Virus record (IMG/VR): IMGVR_UViG_2923350032_000005
Span: 1 to 40,702 of that record
Direction: 5' to 3' (one strand)
DNA: 40,702 bases
DNA from: a virus
Taxonomy: Duplodnaviria; Heunggongvirae; Uroviricota; Caudoviricetes
Of this stretch, positions 1 to 10,529 are shown in pieces. Within the stretch, counting starts at the first letter, position 1. Each line of letters opens with the position of its first letter. A program made the translations under genes and the position numbers. The notes below the pieces were generated by a model. The model made no database searches and had not been told where the DNA came from. It saw only the letters and a list, made by a program, of their open reading frames with translations.

Positions 1-354
1 ATGTTAGGAGCGATAGAAAAACGCTTTGGCGATAAAGTACCGGAACAGTCCATCCAGTGGCTGACAGATAACGGTTCAGCGTATAGAGCGCATGAAACAC
101 GGCAGTTCGCCAGAGAGTTGAATCTGGAGCCCTGCACAACGGCAATCAGCAGTCCTCAGAGTAATGGAATTGCAGAAAGGTTCGTGAAAACGATGAAGGA
201 AGACTACATCGCGTTCATGCCGAAACCGAATGTAAGAACGGCATTGCATAATCTTGCAGTGGCGATCGAACATTACAATGAAAACCATCCGCACAGTGCG
301 TTGGGTTATCGCTCTCCGCGAGAATATCGACGTCAGCGGGTAACGTTAACTTAA
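1..354 (+). mobile_element. IS3-family (IS2-group-like) transposase OrfB, C-terminal fragment running off the left window edge
   Basis: Translation ends ...[25 protein letters not shown]...[26 protein letters not shown]...[14 protein letters not shown], which matches from memory the DDE integrase-core C-terminus of IS2/IS3-family OrfB. The ORF is treated as a fragment because this is only the C-terminal part of a full OrfB; IS ends were not identified. Confidence 0.75.
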
Positions 355-395
355 GATACACCCCCTGTCTGGAAATAAGGGGGCAAGAACAATGA

Positions 396-1148
396 TCAGA
401 TTCCCTGGTGAGTAAGAATTTTACTTTCTGAACTCCTCTGAGAGTATTGACTTGGAGAAACACCAAAATAACGTCTAAATACATAAGTAAAGTATGAGAC
501 ACTGGCATAACCACAGACCTTAGCTACTTTACTAATAGGATAACAACGAGTGCTGAGTAAATATTCAGCCATTTGCATCCTCTCATCAAGTATGATCTTA
601 CTGAATGATACCCCCTCTTCTTTCAATTTCCTCTTTAGTAAACTTTCGCTGAGATATAATCTTGATGATATATCCTTAAGACGCCATGGTGCAGATAAAT
701 CCGTATGAATAATCGTTTTAACTTTAGCCCCTGTGCTTTTCAAACATCCAAACAGAAATACTCCAAATTGTTTTTCAGAAGAAAATGCAGAGAGACATGT
801 AAAAGCAATAGACTCATCAAAAATTTCTATGTATTCAGCACAGTGATTAGCCCAACTAATTAATCCTTTAATTAAACTGAAGTCAGCAAAGTTTATTTTT
901 AAATAAGATGGATATTCCCTACAATCAGAAATATCCCTTAAGTTATTAGCTTTCAAATAGCGACTAATAAACTCAGCGCCAAAATCCGCCACTATCACTC
1001 TTTCAGGATATGTCAGGAAAAAATCTCTAGAGCTAGAGTCGACAAGTACAGATGAACCTCTCTCCAGAAACACACTCTCTTTTCCGAAATAAACATCAAA
1101 GGACTCCAAAATCAATATAACTGAACATGTAGTTGCCATATCATCCAC
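396..1148 (-). CDS. AraC-family transcriptional regulator (C-terminal AraC-type HTH), in an AT-rich segment
   Basis: 250-aa ORF; C-terminal ...ISKVAKVCGYASVSYFTYVFRRYFGVSPSQY is the classic AraC/XylS second-helix signature. Surrounding DNA (about 400-1700) is visibly AT-rich relative to the prophage. The 3' end lies about 40 bp from the IS fragment. Confidence 0.6.
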   Translation of the reverse strand: MDDMATTCSVILILESFDVYFGKESVFLERGSSVLVDSSSRDFFLTYPERVIVADFGAEFISRYLKANNLRDISDCREYPSYLKINFADFSLIKGLISWANHCAEYIEIFDESIAFTCLSAFSSEKQFGVFLFGCLKSTGAKVKTIIHTDLSAPWRLKDISSRLYLSESLLKRKLKEEGVSFSKIILDERMQMAEYLLSTRCYPISKVAKVCGYASVSYFTYVFRRYFGVSPSQYSQRSSESKILTHQGI

Positions 1149-1721
1149 CCAATTTAACTGAAACCAGGATGAAGTATATGTATATAAAGTTCACTTTGCC
1201 AAACTTCAGTATAAAAAACCACTAAAAATAGGGTGTGATAAAAAATACCGTAACAATAAAGCAAAGGATTATAAATTCCGTTACAGTTACAAATGATACT
1301 CAAGAAACAATTCCTTAGGAAAAACTTATTTACAGCCAATAAGTAAGACACTTATATGATATCAAGTTTTCATAAAACATAACTAGGCTAAATAGCTGCG
1401 CCTAATACCGCTACACTTTTGCCAGCCCATGTTTGCCTCCGGGTATTGACCCCTTCTCTACGCAACTTCAGTTCCCACCACCAACTTTGCGGCAGCTTTG
1501 TAGGATCAATGTCTAAAAGAATAATGGTGACCGATAAGAAAACGACTGAATAACTGCAGATTTTCGCTCGAAACCTTCCTGTCAGATCCATAGCGAATCA
1601 AGTGCTGAATGTCACAGTATCGAACAGAAAACAGTGACGATCTAACCCTTCAAGAATATTCTACGATTGTTCTGTTTAGGAAAAGCAAGGCGGGAAGTCG
1701 GGAGATAAGTCATTGATAAAG

Positions 1722-1787
1722 TGGCGGAGAGAGGGGGATTTGAACCCCCGGTAGAGTTGCCCCTACTCCGGTTTTCGAGACCGGTCC
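1722..1787 (-). tRNA. Truncated tRNA-Ser (serU-like) 3' fragment, 66 nt from anticodon stem to CCA; no 5' half. Probable integration-site (att) remnant
   Basis: Reverse complement reads GGACCGGTCTCGAAAACCGGAGTAGGGGCAACTCTACCGGGGGTTCAAATCCCCCTCTCTCCGCCA, which matches the 3' two-thirds of E. coli tRNA-Ser(CGA) as I recall it. The upstream sequence does not continue into the D-arm or acceptor 5' strand. Confidence 0.65.
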
Positions 1788-1867
1788 AATCATCAAACGA
1801 AACATAAAATTAATTCACATTATGAGGAAAAGTATCTTTTTTGTACTATGTAAATTCAAAGACTTAG

Positions 1868-2737
<870 letters not shown>

Positions 2738-2797
2738 GTCTTTAAGTGATAAGCATAAACCGCAGCACGATCTTCTTGCATACGACGTGCTACGGTT

Positions 2798-3352
2798 TCA
2801 TTTATCTCCGACCGGAAACTTCTTATACAGTGTCGATATACCAACATCATAGATAATCGCCACCTTCTGGCGAGGAACGCCTGATGCAATTAATCGTCCG
2901 GCCTGCTCCCATTGTTCTGGTGTAAGTTTGGGGCGACGTCCACCAATTCGTCCCTGTGCGCGAGCTGCTTCCAGTCCAGCTTTTGTTCGTTCAACAATCA
3001 GTTCACGCTCCATTTCAGCCAGGGCACCCATCACATGAAAGAAAAAGCGCCCCATTGGGGTACTGGTATCAATTGAATCCGTCAGACTACGAAAGTTGAT
3101 GCCTCGTTCGCGCAACTCCTCCACCAGCACGACAAGATGCCGCATACTGCGCCCCAGTCGGTCCAGTTTCCAGACCACCAGCGTGTCACCTGCCGATAAT
3201 GTCCTGAGCAGCTTTTTCAGTCCTGGTCTGTCGGACTTTGTACCGCTTATCTTGTCTTCAAAAATCAGCTCACATCCTGCACAGTTCAGCGCATTACGTT
3301 GTAGATCGGTATTCTGGTCATTTGTTGATACACGTACATAGCCAATAAGCAT
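2798..3352 (-). CDS. pin: Serine-recombinase DNA invertase, Pin/Gin/Hin/Cin family
   Basis: Translation from the ATG at 3352: MLIGYVRVSTNDQNTDLQRNAL...DTLVVWKLDRLGRS...C-terminal HTH (GVPRQKVAIIYDVGISTLYKK). The ORF-track start at 3388 is an upstream extension. Adjacent to an invertible tail-fibre segment. Confidence 0.9.
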   Translation of the reverse strand: MLIGYVRVSTNDQNTDLQRNALNCAGCELIFEDKISGTKSDRPGLKKLLRTLSAGDTLVVWKLDRLGRSMRHLVVLVEELRERGINFRSLTDSIDTSTPMGRFFFHVMGALAEMERELIVERTKAGLEAARAQGRIGGRRPKLTPEQWEQAGRLIASGVPRQKVAIIYDVGISTLYKKFPVGDK

Positions 3353-3406
3353 GTTAAATCCCCCTGGTAAAAGCAGGAATGATGCCATTTGCTCGTTATT
3401 TCTGCA

Positions 3407-3432
3407 TTTTCATATACGTTGGTTTGGGAGAA
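3407..3432. repeat. Invertase crossover site (pix/gix-like), pin-proximal
   Basis: Inner half GGTTTGGGAGAA (3421-3432) is the exact reverse complement of TTCTCCCAAACC at 5154-5165; central dinucleotide TT at 3419-3420. The outer half matches only weakly. Confidence 0.55.
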
Positions 3433-3884
3433 GGCTCTGCATTACCTGTTGGTGTGCCTGTTCCGTGGCCCTCAGCCACTCCGCCAACAGGCTGGCTAAA
3501 ATGCAACGGAGCAGCTTTTTCTGCTGAAGAATACCCGGAACTGGCAAAGGCTTACCCGACAAATAAATTGCCTGATTTACGCGGTGAATTTATTCGTGGC
3601 TGGGATGACGGACGTGGAGTGGATGCCGGGCGACAATTATTATCTTCACAGGGGGATGCAATAAGAAATATTGAGGGATTCGCAGATGGCGGGATCGGCA
3701 TGTCTTTTGATGCAATCAGAGGGGCTTTTTACGATGCAGGAACACGATCAGCGAGAATGCCGAATAACACAACTGATATAGGCAAAACGATGACCTTGGA
3801 TTCGACGCCTCTCGTGTCGTGCCAACAGCTAATGAAAACCGTCCACGTAACATCGCCTTTAATTATATTGTGAGGGCTGCATAA
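3421..3884 (+). pseudogene. Alternate (silent-orientation) tail-fibre C-terminal cassette (Sv'-like, tail-collar type) with an apparent reading-frame break
   Basis: Frame continuous with the crossover site encodes GLGEGSALPVGVPVPWP...LPDLRGEFIRGWDDGRGVDAGR (tail-collar motif) up to about 3777. The conserved fibre C-terminus ...DDLGFDASRVVPTANENRPRNIAFNYIVRAA-stop is in the -1 frame (3777-3884) and its stop overlaps the next ATG as TAATG. Confidence 0.5.
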
Positions 3885-4476
3885 TGAAACCTGTTTTTGA
3901 TGAAAATGGGCTGGCTACAGTGCCGGGTGATATGCGTTGTTATTATTATGATGCAGTAACGTCTGAATATACGGGCTGGTCTGATGAATATATTAATACT
4001 GGCGTAAGTATGCCCGCCTGTTCCACTGGTATTGACCCGGGCGAATACATTCCGGGGCAAGTGGCAGTATTCACGGGTAAGGATGGAGCCATGAAGAAGA
4101 CCATCGCAATGAGACTGTTTACTCAACAGAAAATGGCGCAGCTGTTACAGTGGATTATATCGGTGCCATCAAAGACGGTTATGTCACGCTTTCACCGTTA
4201 ACGCCATATGATAAATGGGATGGTGAGAAATGGGTGACAGATACTGAGGCACAACACGATGCCGCAGTAGAAGCGGCAGAAGCACAGCGCCAGTCACTGA
4301 TTGATGCAGCAATGGCTTCCATTAGTCTGATTCAGCTGAAATTACAGGCCGGGCGGAAACTGACGCAGGCAGAAACAACCCGGCTTAACGCTGTGCTGGA
4401 TTACATTGACGCGGTGACGGCAACAGATACCAGCACCGCGCCGGATGTCATCTGGCCTGAACTGCCGGAGGCGTAG
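3884..4476 (+). pseudogene. Alternate tail-fibre assembly chaperone (tfa'), split by an apparent -1 frame break near 4081-4087
   Basis: ORF 3884..4201 gives the N-terminal part (MKPVFDENGLATVPGDM...GQVAVFTGKD) and ORF 4150..4476 the C-terminal part (...[15 protein letters not shown], the typical Tfa ending). The frame-1 sequence WSHEEDHRNETVY... opens right after a stop at 4078-4080 and continues the protein. Confidence 0.55.
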
Positions 4477-4879
4477 GCCATTCAATATCGGGTGCTGTTG
4501 AAGTATCAACACGCATCAGCAGCACACGGTATTTCTTCCATTCGGTGAGAGTTGAAGTTTCTTCATCAGTTGCGATATCAGCATCAACAGCATCCTGACG
4601 CCAGGATATTTCACTGTCAGCTTTTTCCCGTAATTGGGATTTTTTAACTTCAGCAATAGCTATTAATTCCTTTTTGGTCGGCTGAGGAATATCTATCAGT
4701 GCTGGTTTTCCATTCAGTGTTCCAATCTGTTTTCCTGGTGGAATATCCATAAATAACTTTTTATGTTCTTCCTCACTGACTATTACACCATCATCAGGCC
4801 ACAGACCTGATGCCTCAAATTTTTCTTTCTCCGATATGGGAAAAGCCATTTGCTTTAGCGCTCCATACGTACATATCAA
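4448..4879 (-). CDS. Tail-fibre assembly chaperone (Tfa), expressed orientation
   Basis: Ends ...[26 protein letters not shown], a typical Tfa C-terminus. The ORF-track start at 4879 is TTG; an ATG ([10 protein letters not shown]) lies at 4849. Directly follows the fibre gene. Confidence 0.75.
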   Translation of the reverse strand: MICTYGALKQMAFPISEKEKFEASGLWPDDGVIVSEEEHKKLFMDIPPGKQIGTLNGKPALIDIPQPTKKELIAIAEVKKSQLREKADSEISWRQDAVDADIATDEETSTLTEWKKYRVLLMRVDTSTAPDIEWPTPPAVQAR

Positions 4880-4889
4880 TACCCCACCG

Positions 4890-5456
4890 CTATAATGTCC
4901 ACATTAAATCCTCCGGACCTGCCTGCCAGATGCTGGCCCCTGTTAATGATTTTGTTTGATGAACAACCGCCACATTTGCTGGCGATTGTGTTTCAGTTGT
5001 TACAGTACCGATATCATTCCAGTTAATTGAGATGGAATAGTTCGTTGTTGTAAACGACCGGGGAAAGTTATGTGTCTTACATTGGTGCCAATAGGAAATC
5101 CAAGATAAACACGCTGTTATCATTCCTCCAGGTAACATAACCCAGTTAGCACCTTCTCCCAAACCAAGGTTTTCGAGAGCCGTTTTCACCGTGCCGTCCG
5201 ATTTGATATCGCCAAACGGATTTTTGCGGCTTAACAGTAGCGCACTAAGCGCGGTAAGCAGCTGGTCGTGCCGCCCCTTCTCCAGGCTGGCACCGGATGC
5301 CTCCACCACGCCGCAAAGCTCCTCCTGCAACATGTCAAAGTAGTCATCATCCAGATCGGTGGCAGGTGTGCCGGTCTGGGGGTTACCACGGGTAAAACCG
5401 TTCTTACCCGCGCCGAACTTATCCTTCTGCGCGGTTTTCGTGTCTATACGATGCAT
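4890..5456 (-). CDS. Tail-fibre protein: constant N-terminal part fused through the crossover site to the currently expressed variable C-terminal part (StfP/StfE-like)
   Basis: Starts [21 protein letters not shown]... (conserved fibre N-terminus). The crossover site at 5154-5179 lies inside the ORF, encoding ...ENLGLGEG... ATG at 5456 verified on the sequence. Confidence 0.7.
   Translation of the reverse strand: MHRIDTKTAQKDKFGAGKNGFTRGNPQTGTPATDLDDDYFDMLQEELCGVVEASGASLEKGRHDQLLTALSALLLSRKNPFGDIKSDGTVKTALENLGLGEGANWVMLPGGMITACLSWISYWHQCKTHNFPRSFTTTNYSISINWNDIGTVTTETQSPANVAVVHQTKSLTGASIWQAGPEDLMWTL
5154..5179. repeat. Invertase crossover site (hix/gix/pix-like, 26 bp, imperfect palindrome), distal
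   Basis: TTCTCCCAAACC-AA-GGTTTTCGAGAG closely resembles hixL (TTCTTGAAAACC-AA-GGTTTTTGATAA, from memory). Its inner half is an exact inverted repeat of 3421-3432. Confidence 0.7.
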
Positions 5457-5459
5457 GGA

Positions 5460-6044
5460 TTACTCCGGATATTTAAAAATTACGTAGGTATGCGACGGGC
5501 AGAGTTTGTTAAGCACACACTCGACAACGGTGTCGCCCCAGATACGCAGTGCGGAATCACAGGGATCGCCACATGTCATCCAGGTGGTGTTGGTGGCAGC
5601 TGGCATGTTGACCTGCCAGTAATACCGCCATTCCAGCGCATTCACTGCGTCAGTACAGGCCGATGAGCAGGTGAACGTGCTTTTATCGTATCGCGTGATA
5701 GTGGCGTCTGGTCTGCCCAGGGCAGCAAGCTGTGCAAGGTAAAAATCCTCATTGATGCCGCCCGCCAGATTAACCTTCGCATCCAGCCGTTGCTGACGCT
5801 GGCGAAGGGTCTGTGTCCCTGCGGGAATACATTCATCCGGCAGACCGCACAGACGCTCCCAGCGGTTTATCAGTTCAGTGGTGGTGCGCGGATCCAGCTC
5901 CCGCATCAGGGCATCCGCACGCTGATGAACGCGGGTTAATGACGGTGCCGCACCGGCAATCGCCGGATCGCTGACTGACCACGCCGGACCGGGCGGCAAC
6001 AGTGCCGACAACAGACGGATATAATCATCGTTTGTCACGTCCAT
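5460..6044 (-). CDS. Tail/baseplate protein, YmfQ / Mu gp48-like
   Basis: 194 aa, [22 protein letters not shown]...; position immediately upstream of the tail fibre; resemblance to e14 YmfQ family from memory. Confidence 0.6.
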   Translation of the reverse strand: MDVTNDDYIRLLSALLPPGPAWSVSDPAIAGAAPSLTRVHQRADALMRELDPRTTTELINRWERLCGLPDECIPAGTQTLRQRQQRLDAKVNLAGGINEDFYLAQLAALGRPDATITRYDKSTFTCSSACTDAVNALEWRYYWQVNMPAATNTTWMTCGDPCDSALRIWGDTVVECVLNKLCPSHTYVIFKYPE

Positions 6045-7093
6045 GAAATCGTCCCCAGAACTGCCAGCTCATTTTTTGCAATGGAGATATTGTCTGCCGG
6101 TGCAAGCAACTGATGGCTGTATTCCCCGTTCGCACCGGAAATCGCTTCACTGATACGTGACACCTTCAGTTCTCCCTGCGGATAACCATCACGCAGCAGG
6201 AACGAACGCAACTCGGCGGTGATGGCAGCCCGTATTTCCGGTGTGTCCGGCGTCACGCGGATATGAAAATCCACTTTATGCGCCACCGGCCTGAATACAT
6301 ACAAATCAGAGCCTGCCACCGGGGCCAATGGCCCGATATGTTGTCTTGCCGCCGTTTCCGTTGACTCTTCCGGAATGGGATTAATCAGGTCACTGCTGGC
6401 AATCATCACACCGACAGTCCCCGTTCCCATCCAGTGTCGGTATGTCCATGCGCGGGTAATGCCGGGCACTTCTTTAGCCCAGACGACATAGTCCCCGTCA
6501 GCCCCGCCCTGAGGCGTCCAGTAATACCGCTCAATGACGCGGGCGCGCCACGTTTCCAGCTCTTCAGTATCAAATCCGCCTGTCAGGGTGTCAGCCACAC
6601 CGGAAGACGGCAGACCATTCACCGGCGTGACCAGGATTAATGCCGTACCGTCGTCAGCGTTACCGACCGCGCCTGCACTTGAGCAGGCGATCGGCACGCG
6701 CAGGACACCACCGGAGCTGGTTGCATCGGCAGTTGCCGTGTACTGAACCAGGTCATCGCGCTGAATCACGCTCCCGGCGGTCACTTTCAGGCCATCGCTG
6801 ACACCTTCCCAGCGCATATACCCGCTGGCAGCCGTGGCCCCCTTGCGCGGACACCGTTTCATCGCAGCATGTCGCGCCAGCCAGGACTCATCGCACAGGT
6901 CAGGCAGCATGTTCATTGCCAGATAATCGATGTAACCGTAAACCGTATGCAGCGCCGCCGCATACACCTTTGCCCGCACGTCTTCATCCATGCGCCGGAG
7001 CGTGTCGCTGACGTCCAGCCTGGCGAATAAATCGTTACGGAGCATACTGATATTTTCTGCCAGCGTCGGGCGCTGAAATTCACTGTCCGCCAT
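6035..7093 (-). CDS. Baseplate J-like protein (Mu gp47-like)
   Basis: 352-aa ORF in the conserved Mu-like baseplate gene order between gp46-like and gp48-like genes. Confidence 0.7.
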   Translation of the reverse strand: MADSEFQRPTLAENISMLRNDLFARLDVSDTLRRMDEDVRAKVYAAALHTVYGYIDYLAMNMLPDLCDESWLARHAAMKRCPRKGATAASGYMRWEGVSDGLKVTAGSVIQRDDLVQYTATADATSSGGVLRVPIACSSAGAVGNADDGTALILVTPVNGLPSSGVADTLTGGFDTEELETWRARVIERYYWTPQGGADGDYVVWAKEVPGITRAWTYRHWMGTGTVGVMIASSDLINPIPEESTETAARQHIGPLAPVAGSDLYVFRPVAHKVDFHIRVTPDTPEIRAAITAELRSFLLRDGYPQGELKVSRISEAISGANGEYSHQLLAPADNISIAKNELAVLGTISWT

Positions 7094-7508
7094 GCGTTAT
7101 CGCACTCCACAGATCATCAAAAGAAATCATTACCGGTCCGTCACGACGCCAGAGAGTGATACTGTTACCCAGTTCATTAATCCCGGTGCGGCGGATATCC
7201 AGATCAATACGGGACACCACGCCGTCATCAATCATCCATTGCAGGCATTCGCGGATATACCCCCTTACCGTCTGCACCAGCTGATTGGTCAGTTTGCTGC
7301 GCTGAAGCAGCCACAGTCGGGAGCCGTAACGGTCATTCTGTACCGCAGGCCAGGTATCCCCCCACCATCCCATCGGGACGTCGGCATTGTCATCAGGTTC
7401 AGCCCGCCGCCAGGTGAACAGGGAAATCACCACGGCACGGGTCAGCGGATCCAGCGGTGCGCTAGCGCAGGTGCGTTTACCGTTCACCGTCAGCCACAGT
7501 TCCATCAT
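7080..7508 (-). CDS. Baseplate protein, Mu gp46-like
   Basis: 142 aa; synteny within the Mu-type baseplate block; overlapping start/stop coupling with neighbours. Confidence 0.6.
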   Translation of the reverse strand: MMELWLTVNGKRTCASAPLDPLTRAVVISLFTWRRAEPDDNADVPMGWWGDTWPAVQNDRYGSRLWLLQRSKLTNQLVQTVRGYIRECLQWMIDDGVVSRIDLDIRRTGINELGNSITLWRRDGPVMISFDDLWSAITHGGQ

Positions 7509-8053
7509 GCCTCCATCGCTTTATCAGGTTTGTCGGTGTTACTGCCCTGACCGTTCTCTCTGTGACGATGCCCGTTATAGGCAAGCCGCATCGCTGACAT
7601 GGTGGTGCCGCTGGAGTCGCACAGGTCTTTCACCTGTCCGGTCACTTCCAGGTCCATTTCAAAACGAGCCTTAGGCGCATTGCGAAACGTGATCGTTTTA
7701 CCTGCACCGTCCACCACGATCCCCTCCCGGGTCAGCGTCACGGACTGCCCCTGATCGTCATAGACAGCCACCTCACCCGTCTGCAGCCCTTTCAGGCGGT
7801 AGCGCCGGTCCGACACCGTAACAACCACCGCATGAGAACGGTCGCCATCCGGAAACAACACCACCGCTTCCGCACCGCTGTTTGCCCTTGCGGTAAAACC
7901 GTAGGGTTCAAGATGTTCAACCCCGGCTTTGGGTTCACCGGCAATCAGAGACACATCCACGGTCTGACATTTCGTGGCGGCACTGATGCTTTTCACCACG
8001 GCCCGCCCAATCAGGCCGAGGAGTTGTCGCTGCATGGCTTCAATCGTCCTCAT
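7505..8053 (-). CDS. Baseplate assembly protein V / spike (Mu gp45-like)
   Basis: 182 aa; position and size typical of gpV-type spike proteins in Mu/P2-like baseplate modules. Confidence 0.65.
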   Translation of the reverse strand: MRTIEAMQRQLLGLIGRAVVKSISAATKCQTVDVSLIAGEPKAGVEHLEPYGFTARANSGAEAVVLFPDGDRSHAVVVTVSDRRYRLKGLQTGEVAVYDDQGQSVTLTREGIVVDGAGKTITFRNAPKARFEMDLEVTGQVKDLCDSSGTTMSAMRLAYNGHRHRENGQGSNTDKPDKAMEA

Positions 8054-9132
8054 CAGAACGGGTCCTCCTGTACTCTGGCTTTTTTCTTTTTTCGCGCGCC
8101 GGGGGCTTCGGGTTCAGGCAGATAAGCATCAGGTGGGCCGACACGGATTTCCGTCAGGGTGCCGTTCTGGTCCTGAGTAAACGTGACTTCCGAAACAAGC
8201 AGTTCGGTATTGTCGAAACCACAGACCGGATCAAAGACAATCACCCGCTGGTTGGGCTGCCACAGCGTACCGTTACCCTGTCGCCAGCCCTGCACCACAT
8301 AGGTGGTTTCATCCGTCCGCGCCGCCCGTTGTCTGGCTTCAAAGTCCGCACGGGCAATACAGCCTGCCCCCGTAGCCTGCCCTGTCTGCCTGATATACAT
8401 CGGACGGTAACGGGCAATAAATGCGTCCTCTGTGCGGGCCCGCAGCGCGGTGGTGGTGGCCTCACCGAAATCATCGTCGTTTCCGGCACGCTGCCCCGCC
8501 ACCTGGTAAACAGAAAACCGCTCCCGGATACTCTTCTCCGTATCACAGGAAAGGATGTTTTCCCCGAGTACCAGCGCAGTATGTGCCCGCGTTGAGCCAA
8601 TACCGCCAATCACCAGCCTGCCGTGCGGGTCGTCGTAAGCCAGTGCCTGCTGCTGACCGAGTATTTTGTTGATTACCTCAATCACCGTTTCACCGTGATC
8701 AGGCTGAACATCAGGAATAACACCCGACGGCGCACCGCTGTTCACCACCTCAATGCCGAAAGGCGCAGCAAGCGCCTGCGCAATCTGCACCAGCGAGCGT
8801 CCGTTAAACTGTGTCGGTTCGGCTGCACAGTCAATCAGGTCAGCCGTCAGACTACGTCCGGCAATACCGGTGCTGACCGAACGGGCATCGTAACGAACGG
8901 GCGTCGCCTCCACCCAGCCGGTGATCACCAGCTCATCACCAATCAGCACTTCCACTTTTGAACCGTTTTTAATGCGCGGCTGAAGCGTGGTGATACCCTC
9001 ATCTCCCGGCCACTGGCGGGTGATCTCCACACTGAAATCCCGCGCCAGCCGTTCAATACCGGCACCGATGCGCACCGATGTCCAGCCATTCCACTCCCGG
9101 CCATTTACCCGTAGCGTGACATTGTCGTTCAT
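8053..9132 (-). CDS. Tail protein, Mu P / P2 gpD-like (baseplate hub)
   Basis: 359 aa; follows the DNA-circulation-like gene as in Mu (N then P). Confidence 0.65.
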   Translation of the reverse strand: MNDNVTLRVNGREWNGWTSVRIGAGIERLARDFSVEITRQWPGDEGITTLQPRIKNGSKVEVLIGDELVITGWVEATPVRYDARSVSTGIAGRSLTADLIDCAAEPTQFNGRSLVQIAQALAAPFGIEVVNSGAPSGVIPDVQPDHGETVIEVINKILGQQQALAYDDPHGRLVIGGIGSTRAHTALVLGENILSCDTEKSIRERFSVYQVAGQRAGNDDDFGEATTTALRARTEDAFIARYRPMYIRQTGQATGAGCIARADFEARQRAARTDETTYVVQGWRQGNGTLWQPNQRVIVFDPVCGFDNTELLVSEVTFTQDQNGTLTEIRVGPPDAYLPEPEAPGARKKKKARVQEDPF

Positions 9133-10505
9133 TGCACTGGCACCTTCAGAGGGATCACCGGCACAAAGCCGGGATGCGTAATGGCATTACGCCGGATAAT
9201 GTCCGCGTCACGCGCCGCGTTATCAAACCAGGTCGCCGCCAGCACCAGCGCGGGTAAAACCTCATCCGGTGTGCGCTGAATGATCCGTGCAGACTGTTCA
9301 AGGCGCGTGTTGATATCCGCATTCAGATCTGCTTTCACCCGGCGCAGCGCCAGAAACAGCGCATCACTGGTTGTACGGGACAACTCCTTATCAATTGCCG
9401 TATTCAGTGTGTCGCGAATGTCAGTCAGTTCTTCCCACGTCGGCAGGTCAACCGTGTTTTTCACCGCCGGTGCATTGTTCAGTGCCGGATGCGTGACGGA
9501 AGGCCAGCCAGTGCTCTGCGCGGGTGTTGTTGCCTGCCCCACTGCGGAATTCTGCATCACCGCGGAAGTTGTTGGCGCAGGCAATCGGGTGACGGCATAC
9601 GCCACTTCGCTGATTGCGGTCGTACGAAGGGTGCTGGCAACCACGTTACGCTGCTGCGTCGCCGTGGCGGTGGTTTTACTGTCCGTTTTCCAGACGCCGC
9701 GCGGTTGCAGATCGCTGCCGAGGCTGACACCGGAAAGCGTTTTGATCATGGTAACCAGGTCGCTGGCGTTACCATAAAGGCGTTTCCCGGTACGCCACAT
9801 TTTCTGCACCTGCTCAACGAAATTTTTGCCTGACGATGGCGGCGGCAGAAGTACCGAGATATCCCCCTGCAACAGCCTGGCGGCATCCGATACGGCAGAA
9901 TCCACCACTTTCATCGCATCAGAAACATACCCCAGCATTATGCTGGCATTACCGATAACGTCGTTCTGCACGAAATCCGCCACACCATCGATACTGAAAC
10001 CGCTGAAGCTGTCACTAATGCAGTCATCCAGTGCAGAACAGGATGACATCAGCGTCTGCGCCGTCGCCGCACCTGATGTGGGGTAAGAGAGTTCTCCTGC
10101 TTCGACAAACTTCAGGTCAAAGCGGACAATACGCCCTTCACTTTTCGATGTGCTGACCCGAACTTCCCCGTCAACACAGACTTTCAGCTCACCATATGTC
10201 GGGTGGACAAGCGTGCCGGGACCGGGTTTATTCAGCGCTTCAATCAGGCGATCGCGCTGGTCAAAGCAGTCATCTCCCACCACATAAGCTGTGATGGACG
10301 GGCGGAAAGTGACTTTTCCCAGATCTTCGGTATAGGGCTTGTCGCGGTTCGGGTATTCATGTGTTTCCACACGGCGACCGGTTCCCGCACTTTCTTCTTC
10401 AACCTTAAACGGCACGCCGCGAAATGACGCGTCCTGAAGCCTGTCACGCCAGCCTGAAGACGACGAAAGTAATGAAGGTCGGGTGGGAAATGAGGATAAA
10501 TCCAT
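9129..10505 (-). CDS. DNA circulation protein-like tail protein (Mu N-like)
   Basis: 458 aa; located directly downstream of the tape measure gene as in Mu. Confidence 0.65.
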   Translation of the reverse strand: MDLSSFPTRPSLLSSSSGWRDRLQDASFRGVPFKVEEESAGTGRRVETHEYPNRDKPYTEDLGKVTFRPSITAYVVGDDCFDQRDRLIEALNKPGPGTLVHPTYGELKVCVDGEVRVSTSKSEGRIVRFDLKFVEAGELSYPTSGAATAQTLMSSCSALDDCISDSFSGFSIDGVADFVQNDVIGNASIMLGYVSDAMKVVDSAVSDAARLLQGDISVLLPPPSSGKNFVEQVQKMWRTGKRLYGNASDLVTMIKTLSGVSLGSDLQPRGVWKTDSKTTATATQQRNVVASTLRTTAISEVAYAVTRLPAPTTSAVMQNSAVGQATTPAQSTGWPSVTHPALNNAPAVKNTVDLPTWEELTDIRDTLNTAIDKELSRTTSDALFLALRRVKADLNADINTRLEQSARIIQRTPDEVLPALVLAATWFDNAARDADIIRRNAITHPGFVPVIPLKVPVQ

Positions 10506-10529
10506 AGACTGACCTCAAAAAGGACTGCG

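Noticed and set aside
1525-1538. TGGTGACCGATAAG resembling the first 13 nt of the thrW 3' end (TGGTGCCGATAAT), considered as the missing left att repeat
   Set aside because: The match is short, needs an indel and diverges immediately; it is within chance expectation for 40 kb. It also lies outside the tRNA-Ser fragment, which would complicate the boundary.
1154-1591. Two short minus-strand ORFs (65 and 67 aa) in the AT-rich flank
   Set aside because: Low-complexity translations in AT-rich DNA with no RBS or recognisable features; probably non-coding.
2798-3388. ORF-track N-terminal extension of the invertase (MASFLLLPGGFN...)
   Set aside because: The conserved invertase N-terminus (MLIGYVRVSTNDQ) starts at the internal ATG at 3352; the extension reads into the crossover-site region.
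3379-3420. First 14 codons of the plus-strand ORF 3379..3873 (MMPFARYFCIFIYV)
   Set aside because: This stretch lies outside the invertible segment, antisense to the invertase promoter region; the cassette is only translated when fused to the constant fibre N-terminus after inversion.
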